Source: an uncultured Hyphomicrobiales bacterium (GTDB taxonomy: Bacteria; Pseudomonadota; Alphaproteobacteria; Rhizobiales; JACESI01). From it: a stretch of 64,000 nt of DNA. The stretch covers positions 4,645 to 68,644 of the forward strand of contig CAZKKW010000001.1 of NCBI GenBank assembly GCA_964553335.1. Reading direction: 5' to 3'. The notes beneath the pieces are model-generated. The model was not told the origin of the DNA, made no database searches, and saw only the letters and a program-made list of their open reading frames with translations. The position numbers and the translations under genes are program-made. Of this stretch, positions 1 to 10,257 are shown piece by piece. The first letter of the stretch is position 1. The number at the start of each line of letters is the position of its first letter.

Positions 1-63
1 TCCATGGCTAGGCGAATAGCCGTGGGGTGATGAATAGCTAATTTAATGGAGGATTGGAAAACA

Positions 64-264
64 ATGACAAAAGTTTTGATGATGGCCGCCTTATTGGTGG
101 GATTAGGCAGTGTTTCAACTGAAAGCGCTTTTGCGAAGGGAAGTAACTTGGGTGGAGCTGACCCCTCACGGGAAAGCATCGGACCCAGCTTTAAAAAGAG
201 ACAAAAAGCAAAAGAAGCCGCTTCAAGAAACCAAGACCAACGCAGCAAGGACAAAAAGAAGTAA
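64..264 (+). CDS. small exported lysine-rich protein, function unknown
   Basis: Part of ORF 46..264. GGAGGA at 48-53 favours the ATG at 64. The N-terminus MTKVLMMAALLVGLGSVSTESAFA looks like a signal peptide and is followed by a K/R/Q/S-rich tail. A hairpin terminator follows. Confidence 0.45.
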   Translation: MTKVLMMAALLVGLGSVSTESAFAKGSNLGGADPSRESIGPSFKKRQKAKEAASRNQDQRSKDKKK

Positions 265-304
265 TTTAATAATTTTCAATCCTTGTGTTACGCGTTTTGC
301 TTTG

Positions 305-332
305 CAGTTCCCTCATTGAGGGAGCTGTTTTT
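305..332 (+). terminator. Rho-independent terminator-like hairpin
   Basis: cagttccctc (305-314) pairs with gagggagctg (318-327), with one G-U pair, and is followed by ttttt (328-332). It sits between convergent genes. Confidence 0.55.
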
Positions 333-1215
333 ATTGTTCAAAAAACTGAATGAACCCTTCTGGCTGTAGTGATATGAGAGTGGGGGAAGTGGGGAGCGTA
401 TTGAGAGAAACAATAAGCTCAGTGCCAGTTCGATGCTCAATCGGGAAGCCTTTGCCCATTTGTTGCAAGAAATCATTGAGCGAAAATGAACTAAAGGCAT
501 GCATCGGTAAGACCACGCTTGCATTGAGCCGTTTCACGACTTTGGCCATATCCTCAACATTCATGGTCACCCCGCCATCAACCGGCACCATCAACACATC
601 TAGCCTGCCAATCTCCGCGTAATGCTCGTCGGTTAAAAGGTGGTGCAGGTGGCCAAGGTGCCCAATGCACAACCCACCCATTTCAAAAATGAAAATCGAA
701 TTACCGTCCTGTTCTTGATGGCCGGAAAAAGAGCTGATGTCGGTTGTGACATTGCGGATGATGGTCTCGTCAATTTGGATATTATGCTGTGCTGGCTCTC
801 CAGCTTGCGGCCACCCACGCAAAACATGGGCTATGCGTTTGTCCGGAAAGGGCGTGAAATGCGTGATATGGGCATGGTTCATGGTCACGACATCTGGAAT
901 GACATCGCGGCCAGCATTACCAGAATAGTCCGTCGCAATGGTGAGGCCCGTCGCATCTTCAATTCTAAACGTTGAATGCGCGACATAGTTGATACTGACT
1001 TCGCCAATGCCAAGCTTGCTTTGTACGGTGAGATCAATAGTGCTGCTTGCCTGCCTTATACTGCCAGATTGATTGTGAGCAACCGCCTGACACGTACTAC
1101 GCGGGGTGAGGCGTTCTGTTTGGCTCATCGCCGCATTGGGGACTAGAAGCAACGTGCAAGCGGTCAAAACAACCGTGAGCAAGGTGCCTGCGTGCTGTTC
1201 AGTAGGAAGTATCAT
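331..1215 (-). CDS. MBL-fold metallo-hydrolase with N-terminal signal peptide
   Basis: 294-aa ORF with GAGGAG upstream of the ATG. It has a hydrophobic N-terminus and His-rich motifs (MNHAHITHF, GHLGHLHH, VLPMH) typical of the beta-lactamase-fold hydrolase family. Confidence 0.8.
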   Translation of the reverse strand: MILPTEQHAGTLLTVVLTACTLLLVPNAAMSQTERLTPRSTCQAVAHNQSGSIRQASSTIDLTVQSKLGIGEVSINYVAHSTFRIEDATGLTIATDYSGNAGRDVIPDVVTMNHAHITHFTPFPDKRIAHVLRGWPQAGEPAQHNIQIDETIIRNVTTDISSFSGHQEQDGNSIFIFEMGGLCIGHLGHLHHLLTDEHYAEIGRLDVLMVPVDGGVTMNVEDMAKVVKRLNASVVLPMHAFSSFSLNDFLQQMGKGFPIEHRTGTELIVSLNTLPTSPTLISLQPEGFIQFFEQ

Positions 1216-1316
1216 AATAAATCTCCTCTGTTACCTAAGCCGTATCTCATGATCCTTTCTGGTGATCAGTTTCAGTGTCTCTTTCTTATTCGCCCTTTGC
1301 AACCTATGAATATTGG

Positions 1317-2075
1317 ATGGAATGGAAAGAAGACGCTCTAATTCTTGGTAGCCGCAAGCATGGCGAGACCAGCGTGATCCTTGAGGTGATGACGGCAGAA
1401 CATGGCCGTCACCTCGGCTTGGTCCGTGGTGGACGCTCGCGAACCATGCAGCCGACCTTGCAAGCGGGCAATCGGGTAACGGTCACGTGGCGCGCGCGGT
1501 TGGAGGATCATTTGGGCGTGTTTACCGTCGACCCGCTGAAACTTCGCGCCGCTGAATTGATGGAAAGCGCCATGGGCCTGCAGGGGGTGCAAACAATTGC
1601 ATCGCTGTTGCGCCTCCTGCCAGAACGTGATCCCCATCAGGGTCTTGCAGAGGCTGCTGAAATTTTGATTGAAAATTTGGACAGTGCCGAGCTCAGTGCA
1701 GCGCTGCTTGTGCGTTTTGAAATGGCTGTGCTTGAAGAGCTTGGTTTCGGCCTTGATCTTAGCGTGTGTGCGGCAACAGGGGCGACGCAAGAGCTGGTTT
1801 ATGTCTCGCCCAAAAGCGGACGGGCAGTCAGCAGGCGGGCAGGGCTTCCTTACCATGATAAAATGCTGGTCTTACCTCAATTTTTATCCAGCATGGCGCC
1901 ATCAATCAGCGTTGAAGAAGTGACACCCGCTTTTGAGCTAACCCAATTTTTTCTCATGCGCCATATTTATGAACCGCGAGGGATTGAACCGCCAGTTTCT
2001 CGCGAAGTCTTTGAACGAGAGATCATAAAAAGCCTTAAGCGCACGCGAGATGCAACAAAACCGTCGAAATTATAA
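1317..2075 (+). CDS. recO: DNA repair protein RecO
   Basis: The N-terminus MEWKEDALILGSRKHGETSVILEVMTAEHGRHLGLVRGGRSR is a typical alphaproteobacterial RecO start. The ORF track begins at GTG 1275, but I prefer the ATG at 1317. Confidence 0.9.
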   Translation: MEWKEDALILGSRKHGETSVILEVMTAEHGRHLGLVRGGRSRTMQPTLQAGNRVTVTWRARLEDHLGVFTVDPLKLRAAELMESAMGLQGVQTIASLLRLLPERDPHQGLAEAAEILIENLDSAELSAALLVRFEMAVLEELGFGLDLSVCAATGATQELVYVSPKSGRAVSRRAGLPYHDKMLVLPQFLSSMAPSISVEEVTPAFELTQFFLMRHIYEPRGIEPPVSREVFEREIIKSLKRTRDATKPSKL

Positions 2076-2129
2076 GAATGCGTGCGGCAATTGCTTGAGC
2101 GAATCAATTGATTGTTTTAACCAGAACAG

Positions 2130-4415
2130 ATGGGAAACACAGTTATACCGCCGGGTTCCGGTGACGATAATGGCATTGAGCCGATCAATCTAAAGTCTGC
2201 GCTTGAAGAGCGCTACCTTGCTTATGCGCTTTCGACCATTATGCATCGGGCCTTGCCTGATGTGCGTGATGGCTTGAAACCTGTGCACAGGCGCATTCTT
2301 CATGCCATGCGCGTGTTGAAGCTTGATCCGGGGCAGGGCTTTAAAAAGTCTGCGCGTGTGGTTGGTGATGTGATCGGTAAATTTCACCCGCACGGTGATC
2401 AATCAGTCTATGATGCGCTGGTGCGTTTGGCGCAAGATTTTGCGGTGCGCTATCCGTTGATCGACGGACAGGGTAATTTCGGCAACGTTGATGGCGATAA
2501 TGCAGCTGCCATGCGTTACACAGAAGCCCGCATGACAGAAGTCGCAAGGCTGTTGATGGAGGGAATCTCCGAAGACGCCGTTGATTTTCGCGAGACCTAT
2601 GACGGCGAGGACGAAGAGCCTGTCGTTCTTCCTGCGAATTTCCCGAACCTATTGGCCAATGGTTCCAGCGGCATTGCCGTTGGTATGGCGACTAACATTC
2701 CCCCGCACAATGTGGCCGAGCTTTGCGATGCATCGCTGCACCTGATCAAATTTCCCAATGCGGGCATTGAGAAGCTTGTCGACTTTGTACCGGGTCCAGA
2801 TTTCCCAACTGGTGGTATATGCGTTGAAGACCGCGCATCGATTGTGGAATCCTATTCCACAGGCCGTGGTGGTTTTCGCGTTCGGGCACGTTGGGAGAAG
2901 GAAGACACGGGACGAGGTGGCTATGTCATCGTTGTCACTGAAATTCCCTATCAAGTTCAAAAATCTCGGCTTGTTGAAAAAATCGCAGAACTGCTGATTG
3001 CGCGCAAACTGCCGCTGCTTGGTGATGTGCGTGACGAATCTGCGGAAGACATCCGTCTTGTGTTGGAACCAAAGAGCAGAACGGTTGATCCAGACTTATT
3101 GATGGAATCGCTTTTCAAGCTCACCGATCTTGAAAACCGCGTTTCACTCAATATGAACGTACTTTCACGCGGCACAGTGCCCAATGTGTTGGGCCTTAAA
3201 GACGTTTTGAAGGAGTGGCTTGAACACCGCAAAGAAGTACTTGTTCGCCGTTCAAACCATCGTTTGGGCAAGATCAATCACCGGCTGGAAGTGCTCGACG
3301 GTTATTTGATTGCTTTCCTCAATATTGATGAAGTGATCCGCATCGTTCGTTACGAGGATGAGCCAAAAGCCTCGCTGATTTCGACCTTCAACCTCACAGA
3401 AGTGCAAGCAGAAGCCATCCTCAATATGCGGCTTCGTTCTCTTGCCAAACTTGAAGAGATGGAAATTCGCAATGAGCATGATGCCCTAAGTGCGGAGAAA
3501 GAAAGCCTGACGGCGCTGCTTGGCTCTGATGATTTGCAATGGAAGAAGATTGCAGAGGAAATTCGCGAAGTAAGAAAAACCTTCGGACAAGACACAGAAC
3601 TTGGCCGCCGTCGCACTGATTTCGAAGAGGCGGTTGAGATTGATCTGGCTGACATTCAAAACGCCATGATCGAAAAAGAACCTGTGACCATCGTGGTCTC
3701 TGAAAAAGGCTGGATCCGCGCCATTAAAGGTCATTTGGCTTCAACCGATAAGCTACAGTTTAAAGATGGCGATAAACTGCGCTCGGCTATTCATGCAGAA
3801 ACCACCGACAAAGTACTGGTATTTGCAACATCGGGTAAGTTCTACACCCTTGGAGCAGACAAATTACCAGGCGGACGCGGGCATGGCGAACCACTGCGCA
3901 TTATGGTGGATATGGAGAATGATCAAGACATCGTCAGCGTCTTTATCCATAACCCAGAACGCAAACTGTTGATCACGTCCAATGTAGGGCGTGGTTTTGT
4001 GGTGCCTGAAGTTGATGTGATTGCGAACACGCGCAAGGGTAAGCAAGTGCTCAATGTGAAGGGCACGGATGAAGCCTATCTCTGTGTGCCAGTCTTCGGT
4101 GATCATGTGGCTGTTATTGGTAAGAACCGTAAGCTTCTCATTTTCCCACTCGACCAAATGCCAGAAATGGGTCGCGGGCAGGGTGTGCGTATCCAAAAAT
4201 ATAAAGATGGTGGCATCGCCGATATTCGCACCTTCCCAGCTGATGGCGCTCTATCATGGGTAGATAGTGCGGGGCGTCGCTATGACCGCACCATGGTTGA
4301 ACTGACCGAATGGATCGGTGAACGCGCCCAAGCAGGCAGAATGCCGCCAATTGGCTTCCCAAAAACCAATAAATTTGGCACGGGATTATTTAAAGGCGAT
4401 ATTTCAGACGCTTAG
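2130..4415 (+). CDS. parC: DNA topoisomerase IV subunit A
   Basis: 761 aa with GyrA/ParC motifs ([41 protein letters not shown]). It lacks a GyrA-box-type C-terminus, and the length fits ParC. Confidence 0.93.
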   Translation: MGNTVIPPGSGDDNGIEPINLKSALEERYLAYALSTIMHRALPDVRDGLKPVHRRILHAMRVLKLDPGQGFKKSARVVGDVIGKFHPHGDQSVYDALVRLAQDFAVRYPLIDGQGNFGNVDGDNAAAMRYTEARMTEVARLLMEGISEDAVDFRETYDGEDEEPVVLPANFPNLLANGSSGIAVGMATNIPPHNVAELCDASLHLIKFPNAGIEKLVDFVPGPDFPTGGICVEDRASIVESYSTGRGGFRVRARWEKEDTGRGGYVIVVTEIPYQVQKSRLVEKIAELLIARKLPLLGDVRDESAEDIRLVLEPKSRTVDPDLLMESLFKLTDLENRVSLNMNVLSRGTVPNVLGLKDVLKEWLEHRKEVLVRRSNHRLGKINHRLEVLDGYLIAFLNIDEVIRIVRYEDEPKASLISTFNLTEVQAEAILNMRLRSLAKLEEMEIRNEHDALSAEKESLTALLGSDDLQWKKIAEEIREVRKTFGQDTELGRRRTDFEEAVEIDLADIQNAMIEKEPVTIVVSEKGWIRAIKGHLASTDKLQFKDGDKLRSAIHAETTDKVLVFATSGKFYTLGADKLPGGRGHGEPLRIMVDMENDQDIVSVFIHNPERKLLITSNVGRGFVVPEVDVIANTRKGKQVLNVKGTDEAYLCVPVFGDHVAVIGKNRKLLIFPLDQMPEMGRGQGVRIQKYKDGGIADIRTFPADGALSWVDSAGRRYDRTMVELTEWIGERAQAGRMPPIGFPKTNKFGTGLFKGDISDA

Positions 4416-4479
4416 GCGGGGTGTGACCCCCGTCGATATGCGGGGTAGTTGATCTCAGATCTTCAGGCAATTTATGCCC

Positions 4480-5382
4480 TTAAACCCGCACGATCTTATT
4501 TCTAATGCGCCCCTTGCGCACTCGCACATAGCTATGAAACCCAATTGCGCTGATGATAATCAGCCCGCCAATCAATGTGTTTGTTGTTGGGCGTTCAAGG
4601 AATATGACCCAGACAAAGATGGGCGCAAGCACCGTTTCTAATAAATAGAACATGGCGGCTTCGGGTGCCGGAATGAACCGTGGGGCGAGTGACATGAAGG
4701 CCATTGCGATGGGTGAGACGAGGATCGAATTGATGATCAAATACTCAGGCCTATCGACCGACATACCGTAGCCAATAGCAAGCGGCAGACAGAATGCAGC
4801 CGCGATGAGACCTGCGAGAGCGGGGGCAAAAACGAGGTTCTTTCCGCTACGCCTAATGAATATCACTTCACTTGCCAGCATCGTCGCGCACATGAACGCC
4901 ATCATATTGCCAAAGGTGTTGCGCCCCTGCGTGGTGATGAAGTCGTCCACAGTAATCAGCGTAATGCCCATTAGTGCTACAAGGATTGTCATCCATGTCA
5001 TCAATGGGTGCCGTTCTCCCAAGACGATCGTGGAAAAGACAATGGCGATAAGCGCGCTAAACGCCGTGATAAACACGAGATTGGCGGTTGTCGTGTGATA
5101 GATGGCGACCACGAAGCCAACTGTTGCTATCGCGTGCATAATGGCGAGGATCAGCGTGTCACGGCCTTCATAAAACTTAGCAACAGTCAGCTTCATCCGC
5201 TTCAGCACGACATAGACAGTAAAGAGGGTCAAAAACATAATTGGCCCACGAATGGTGAGGGTTGTCCAAGGGTCCGTTTCGGCAAGGCGGATTAAAGGGA
5301 TGTCGATGGCAAGTAAGACGCCACCAATTCCCGCTATCGCAAGTCCCTTGCGATGATCTGTAAGCACGCCCCCCTTAGACAT
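4480..5382 (-). CDS. DMT (EamA-like) family transporter
   Basis: 300 aa with about 10 hydrophobic segments and a duplicated EamA-like architecture. It starts 5 nt downstream of bpt. Confidence 0.8.
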   Translation of the reverse strand: MSKGGVLTDHRKGLAIAGIGGVLLAIDIPLIRLAETDPWTTLTIRGPIMFLTLFTVYVVLKRMKLTVAKFYEGRDTLILAIMHAIATVGFVVAIYHTTTANLVFITAFSALIAIVFSTIVLGERHPLMTWMTILVALMGITLITVDDFITTQGRNTFGNMMAFMCATMLASEVIFIRRSGKNLVFAPALAGLIAAAFCLPLAIGYGMSVDRPEYLIINSILVSPIAMAFMSLAPRFIPAPEAAMFYLLETVLAPIFVWVIFLERPTTNTLIGGLIIISAIGFHSYVRVRKGRIRNKIVRV

Positions 5383-5387
5383 CGAGC

Positions 5388-6194
5388 TTAACTCGAGCCG
5401 CGATCAAGCTGATGTCTTTCCCAGCCACTGCTTGTTAGGATTTCGTGTGGATCAAAGCGGACCTTATAGTCCATTTTGCGGGATCCTTCGACCCAATAGC
5501 CTAGATAAAGATAGGGCAACCCATGCCGCCGTGCACGCGCAATATGATCAAGGATCATGAACGTACCGAGGCTGCGATGGTCTTGGTTGGTATCAAAGAA
5601 AGAATAGACCATAGAAAGCCCATCTTCCAAAATATCGGTAAGGGCGACTGCAATCAGGTCACCTGCACCACGGCCTGTAAAGGCGCTATCTGGGGAACGT
5701 TGGCGATATTCAATGATCATCGTATCCACATGGCTGTCTTCAACCATCATGGAATAATCAAGAACCGTCATGTCAGCCATGCCACCTTCATGATGGCGGT
5801 GATCGAGATAGGAGCGAAACAGCGAATATTGTTCTGAGGTCGGGGCCGCTGCCACTTCAACGCCAATAAGATCGCTATTCTTGCGTGTTACACGACGCAT
5901 CGACTTTGAGGCATTAAATTCACCCGCCAGCACCCGAATAGACATGCACGCACGGCATGTCTCACAAGCCGGACGATAAGCAATATTCTGAGATCGCCGG
6001 AACCCGCCTTGGGTCAGCATATTGTTTACAGCCGCCGCGTTTTCTCCAATCAGATGGGTAAACACCTTTCGTTCCATCTTGTCCTTTAAATAAGGGCAGG
6101 GCGATGGAGCCGTAAGATAAAACTGCGGAACGTCTTTAGGGTGATGCGACACAGCGTGAAACTGCCTTTCGAGAGCACTATCGCTCTTATGCAT
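5388..6194 (-). CDS. bpt: arginyl/leucyl-tRNA--protein transferase (aspartate/glutamate leucyltransferase, Bpt)
   Basis: 268 aa with [14 protein letters not shown], the Cys cluster CETCRAC, and LGYWV, which are characteristic of bacterial ATE1-like Bpt. Confidence 0.88.
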   Translation of the reverse strand: MHKSDSALERQFHAVSHHPKDVPQFYLTAPSPCPYLKDKMERKVFTHLIGENAAAVNNMLTQGGFRRSQNIAYRPACETCRACMSIRVLAGEFNASKSMRRVTRKNSDLIGVEVAAAPTSEQYSLFRSYLDHRHHEGGMADMTVLDYSMMVEDSHVDTMIIEYRQRSPDSAFTGRGAGDLIAVALTDILEDGLSMVYSFFDTNQDHRSLGTFMILDHIARARRHGLPYLYLGYWVEGSRKMDYKVRFDPHEILTSSGWERHQLDRGSS

Positions 6195-6259
6195 AAAGGT
6201 ATCACGCTTTTATTCAAATTCAATGCAGGCGGTGAAATATCGCCATTATTTATTGCAAC

Positions 6260-6763
6260 TTATTTCAAATGCTCTGGAATCGCATCTTTGTTTACGACCA
6301 CAGCACCAGATACGAAATCATGTAAGAGGCGGCCGCGATGGGTGAACAGTCCGATCAAAAGAATGAAAGGCGTTAGGATGGTTGAGAAGAAATAGAACGC
6401 CAATCCATGAAAAATGGCCATAAGCGCATAGAGCTTGCGTCCGTCCATCATGCGAACTTCTAAACCAAGCGCACTCATACCAGGTGTTGCAGCCTTGTCG
6501 CCTCCAGTCGTGAAAGCAACATAGCCAATCACAATGGCGATGTAGAGTGGACCGATAATCGCAGGAATTGCCAACCACAAAAGGCCAAATGTCGCAATAC
6601 CAAGGAGGAAGAGAGCAAAAGTGGTCACAGCGATAATGACCGACAAAATGATGAAATCAATCACAAAGGCCATGAAGCGACGGGACAAGACCCCGTCAAA
6701 CAAAGCACCATTGTTAGGGTAGTCAAATGCATCTTCTTTTGGCAAAATTTCCTGCGTGTTCAC
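6260..6763 (-). CDS. RDD family membrane protein
   Basis: 167 aa with an RRFMAFVIDFIIL start and three to four TM helices in an RDD-domain-like layout. It uses a GTG start. Confidence 0.7.
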   Translation of the reverse strand: MNTQEILPKEDAFDYPNNGALFDGVLSRRFMAFVIDFIILSVIIAVTTFALFLLGIATFGLLWLAIPAIIGPLYIAIVIGYVAFTTGGDKAATPGMSALGLEVRMMDGRKLYALMAIFHGLAFYFFSTILTPFILLIGLFTHRGRLLHDFVSGAVVVNKDAIPEHLK

Positions 6764-6845
6764 TTAAACATTCCCTCTTGTTTCACGGTATGCGCTAACA
6801 TCAATGTGGGAGTTGATTGACTAAACTGCAAGAAACTGGCGGTAT

Positions 6846-7874
6846 TTAACGGTTCTTATTTAGGATTTCCGCAGCTTTTGGGGCGAAATAGGTCAACATG
6901 CCGTTTGCACCCGCCCGTTTAAAGGCAATCAGGCTTTCAAGCATAGTGCGTTCATAATCAAGCCAGCCATTTTGCACCGCTGCCATAATCATTGAATATT
7001 CACCGGACACTTGATACCCATAGGTCGGTACCTCGAACGTATCTTTAACGCGGCGAATGATGTCGAGATAAGGCATTCCAGGCTTCACCATGACCATATC
7101 CGCACCTTCTTCAATATCGTGTTGGACCTCTCGAAGCGCTTCATCGCTATTGGCTGGATCCATTTGGTAGGTGCGCTTGTCGCCGATTAGCGTGGCATTG
7201 GTGCCAATCGCATCACGAAAGGGGCCATAAAAGGCTGACGCGTATTTTGCCGCATAAGACATAATCTGTACATCATCATAGCCGTGCTCGTCCAATGCAT
7301 GACGGATCGCACCAACACGACCATCCATCATATCAGAGGGCGAAATGATGTCCGCGCCTGCAGCTGCCTGATTAAGTGCTTGTTGGCAAAGGATATGGAC
7401 GGTTTCATCATTTAAGATGGTTTCTCCACTCATCACCCCGTCATGGCCGTGGCTTGTATAAGGGTCAAGTGCTGCATCTGTCATAAGGCCAACGGGAATG
7501 CCTTCTGCTTTAATAGCACGGCAGGCACGGGCGACGAGATTATCCTCGTTGAGCGCCTCGCTTCCATCCTCATCTCGAATGGCAGGATCAGTGTTTGGAA
7601 ACAGCGCAATAACGGGAATACCAAGTTGAACTGCCCGCTCTGCTTCCTTCACAACATGATCAACCGTGTGCCGATATACCTCCGGCATAGAAGGAATAGG
7701 GGTGCTTTCGCCTTCGCCATCGGTAATAAACAGTGGCCAGATAAAATCATCCGCGCTTAAGTGGTTTTCACAAACCAACCGGCGCGACCAGTCTGATTTA
7801 CGGTTTCGGCGCATGCGATGGTGGTTGGTGATGGCATTTACATCAGTCTTCGGGCGGTTTGGTTGCTCAGTCAT
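6846..7874 (-). CDS. hemB: porphobilinogen synthase (delta-aminolevulinate dehydratase), Asp-rich (Mg-type) metal site
   Basis: 342 aa with HRMRRNRKSDWSRRL, DAALDPYTSHGHDG, DMVMVKPG and SGEYSM motifs. Confidence 0.95.
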   Translation of the reverse strand: MTEQPNRPKTDVNAITNHHRMRRNRKSDWSRRLVCENHLSADDFIWPLFITDGEGESTPIPSMPEVYRHTVDHVVKEAERAVQLGIPVIALFPNTDPAIRDEDGSEALNEDNLVARACRAIKAEGIPVGLMTDAALDPYTSHGHDGVMSGETILNDETVHILCQQALNQAAAGADIISPSDMMDGRVGAIRHALDEHGYDDVQIMSYAAKYASAFYGPFRDAIGTNATLIGDKRTYQMDPANSDEALREVQHDIEEGADMVMVKPGMPYLDIIRRVKDTFEVPTYGYQVSGEYSMIMAAVQNGWLDYERTMLESLIAFKRAGANGMLTYFAPKAAEILNKNR

Positions 7875-8050
7875 ATTGAATTTTCATCTATTAAATTGAA
7901 AAGTGTTCAGAACTTTTCTCATTGTAACGGTTTGACGTTGGATTATTGGGCTTGACTTGTTTCCTATGTGAACCAATACACTTATAACCAAACTAGTAGA
8001 CTTACTAAACGAAAAATATGCCGTGAGCATAGTGCAGGGGTTTAAAATCA

Positions 8051-8494
8051 ATGGTGGGTGGCACCGACCGAGCAGCAATAACAGAAAAAGAGGCGTCCAG
8101 TATTGGCTCATTTGAAAAAATAGTCTTCGGTGTCTTCTTGCGGATCTTCGGCTTGTTTATGTTGGTTGTCGCCATTTACTTCTGGTCATTGGTTTTGGGC
8201 GTTCACGGGGAAGATATATCAAAACTGTTCGCACGCAATCACTTTGAGGCCTATCTGTTGGTCATGCTCTCAGTGTTGACACCCACAGTTTCTGTCGGGC
8301 TTTGGCTCGGCATGAGTTGGGGCATTATCTTGTGGGGGGTGTTGGGCTGCGGTCTTCTTTTATGCCATTTCTTTTTTATGCCGCTCAGTGTTTTGAATTA
8401 CTCTTTTGCAAGCGCATTGTTTGTTCTGATTGTATTTTATTGCGTAGCTCTCTTGATCAGATACTTCATCAAGAAAAAAGAGCAGAGCCATTAG
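8051..8494 (+). CDS. integral membrane protein, function unknown
   Basis: 147 aa with four predicted TM helices. I recognised no motif, and the start is uncertain. Confidence 0.5.
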   Translation: MVGGTDRAAITEKEASSIGSFEKIVFGVFLRIFGLFMLVVAIYFWSLVLGVHGEDISKLFARNHFEAYLLVMLSVLTPTVSVGLWLGMSWGIILWGVLGCGLLLCHFFFMPLSVLNYSFASALFVLIVFYCVALLIRYFIKKKEQSH

Positions 8495-8724
8495 CCGAAC
8501 GAATTATCGCTGGTTAAATATTATTCACATTACAATATACCGCCCAAATAGTGCGTTCCTCTGCTCAAGGGGCGTTTATATTTTGTTTAATATAAAAAAG
8601 CTTTCCCTGTATTTGGATAATATTAACTATTTGAATTAAGCTGATTTTATTGGCTCTCGCGTACATTCCTTCTCACAAGGTGACAAAAAAGAACACCGAA
8701 GCAGGAAAAAAAAGGCGTAAAACA

Positions 8725-9237
8725 ATGAGCAGCATGATTGGCGCAGCAGAAGTCCAAGAAAGACACGACGACTCGGAGGCCGTGCGCCCCCATTATTTAG
8801 AATCTCTTCGTCTCGTAGAGCGTCTACACCGTCGTTTGTTGGATGTTATTAAAGACGAATTCGAGCGCAATGGTCGCTCTGATGTAAACAGCGTACAAGC
8901 TTTGTTGCTGTTTAACATTGGCGATGCCGAGCTTACAGCCGGCGAATTGCGTACACGTGGTTATTATCTAGGTTCAAACGTTTCTTATAACCTTAAGAAG
9001 CTTGTTGAAGCTGGTTATATTTCACACCAACGTTCAGCGATGGACCGTCGTTCGGTTCGCGTGAGCTTGACTGACAAGGGTCTCGAAGTCGCAAACATCG
9101 TGACAGACCTTTATGAGCGTCACACAACATCAATTGAAAAAGTTGGTGGTATTGGCGCTAATGAATTTGAAAACCTCAATAAGTCGCTTCTGCGTCTAGA
9201 GCGTTTTTGGACAGACCAGATTTTGTATCGCCTTTAA
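8725..9237 (+). CDS. MarR-family winged-helix transcriptional regulator (LdtR-like by context)
   Basis: The ORF track starts at TTG 8650, but I prefer the ATG at 8725. A wHTH core is visible (LTAGELRTRGYYLGSNVSYNLKKLVEAGYISHQRSAMDRRSVRVSLTDKG). An L,D-transpeptidase gene lies nearby. Confidence 0.8.
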   Translation: MSSMIGAAEVQERHDDSEAVRPHYLESLRLVERLHRRLLDVIKDEFERNGRSDVNSVQALLLFNIGDAELTAGELRTRGYYLGSNVSYNLKKLVEAGYISHQRSAMDRRSVRVSLTDKGLEVANIVTDLYERHTTSIEKVGGIGANEFENLNKSLLRLERFWTDQILYRL

Positions 9238-9260
9238 GCGACACAATATTCCGATTAAGA

Positions 9261-9286
9261 AACCCCGCTTTATGCGGGGTTTTTTG
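9261..9286. terminator. Rho-independent terminator between convergent genes
   Basis: aaccccgc (9261-9268) pairs with gcggggtt (9274-9281) and is followed by ttttt. It lies 24 nt after the MarR stop and abuts the stop of the minus-strand gene. Confidence 0.75.
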
Positions 9287-9289
9287 TGT

Positions 9290-10075
9290 CTATCGTGAGG
9301 GTCGGCGGGGAATAAAACGACTGGTGTTTTTCATATAAGCGTCATAACCCTCTTTTTCTGGCAATAAATGCTGCTCCAAAAGCGTAACGCCAGAAACACG
9401 CAGCAGTAAGAATGTTAAAAGCGCGGGCCCTACAAAGGCCCACCACGCGCCGCTAACGGCAAAACCACATAGCCCAAAGCCCCACCACAAAACCATCTCA
9501 CCAAAATAATTTGGATGCCGCGACCATGCCCAAAGACCTTGGGTCAAGGTTTTACCGTCGTTTTTCGAATCAGATTTAAATTTCACCAATTGATAATCAG
9601 CAAGAGTTTCGAAAGCAAAGCCTGCGACAAACAGGCCTAAGCCGATTAAAAATATCGAAATATTGATCGGGTGTTCTAAAGTTTTTGTGATTGAAAATGC
9701 CGCATGTTGTGGGCTTGCGATAATCCACATGAGGACGGCTTGCAGGAGGAAAACCTTAAAGAGGCTCAACCACCAAAATGACTTACCATTCTTGCGGCGC
9801 ATCAAGGCATAGCGCCGATCTTCATCCTCTGATTTATGATGCCGCACACCCATGTGGATGCCTAGTCTAAGTGACCAAGCTATTGTAATTATTGATATAA
9901 TACACAAATAAGGTGTCGTGTTTTGATGAAAGGCGATATAGATAAAGACAATAACAGCAAACCCTGGCCCCCAATAGATGTCCACCACACCAGCATCTTT
10001 CAATTTCACTTGAATCAGCCAAAAGCAAATAAAGCCGAGGAGTGTGATTAGGAATGTAAACAGGAGTAAATTCAT
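9290..10075 (-). CDS. DUF1295 / steroid 5-alpha-reductase-like membrane protein
   Basis: 261 aa, polytopic, with WSRHPNYFGEMVLWWG, which is typical of the DUF1295/ICMT-like superfamily. Confidence 0.78.
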   Translation of the reverse strand: MNLLLFTFLITLLGFICFWLIQVKLKDAGVVDIYWGPGFAVIVFIYIAFHQNTTPYLCIISIITIAWSLRLGIHMGVRHHKSEDEDRRYALMRRKNGKSFWWLSLFKVFLLQAVLMWIIASPQHAAFSITKTLEHPINISIFLIGLGLFVAGFAFETLADYQLVKFKSDSKNDGKTLTQGLWAWSRHPNYFGEMVLWWGFGLCGFAVSGAWWAFVGPALLTFLLLRVSGVTLLEQHLLPEKEGYDAYMKNTSRFIPRRPSR

Positions 10076-10257
10076 TGCGGGGGCTTATTCCTAGTTGAAT
10101 TAATGAAAAACAGTACCATATCTTAAATTATATCGGGCTGCTTTGATGGTTAAGGAATTGTTTCAATCATTGTGGTGTGATATTGGCAAACAATCACACT
10201 ATGGTCATTTTTGTGATGCTGTTTAATCTAGGTTGAATCTATTCTAGGAGCGTTCCT

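Noticed and set aside
4415-4434. Hairpin cgggg-tgtgac-ccccg after the parC stop, considered as a terminator
   Set aside because: The stem is short and no T-tract follows, so I did not list it as a feature.
8505-8560. dif-like XerCD site in the AT-rich stretch (ggttaaatattattcacattacaatatacc)
   Set aside because: Its alignment to the conserved XerD arm (TTATGTTAAAT) and central region is poor in either orientation.
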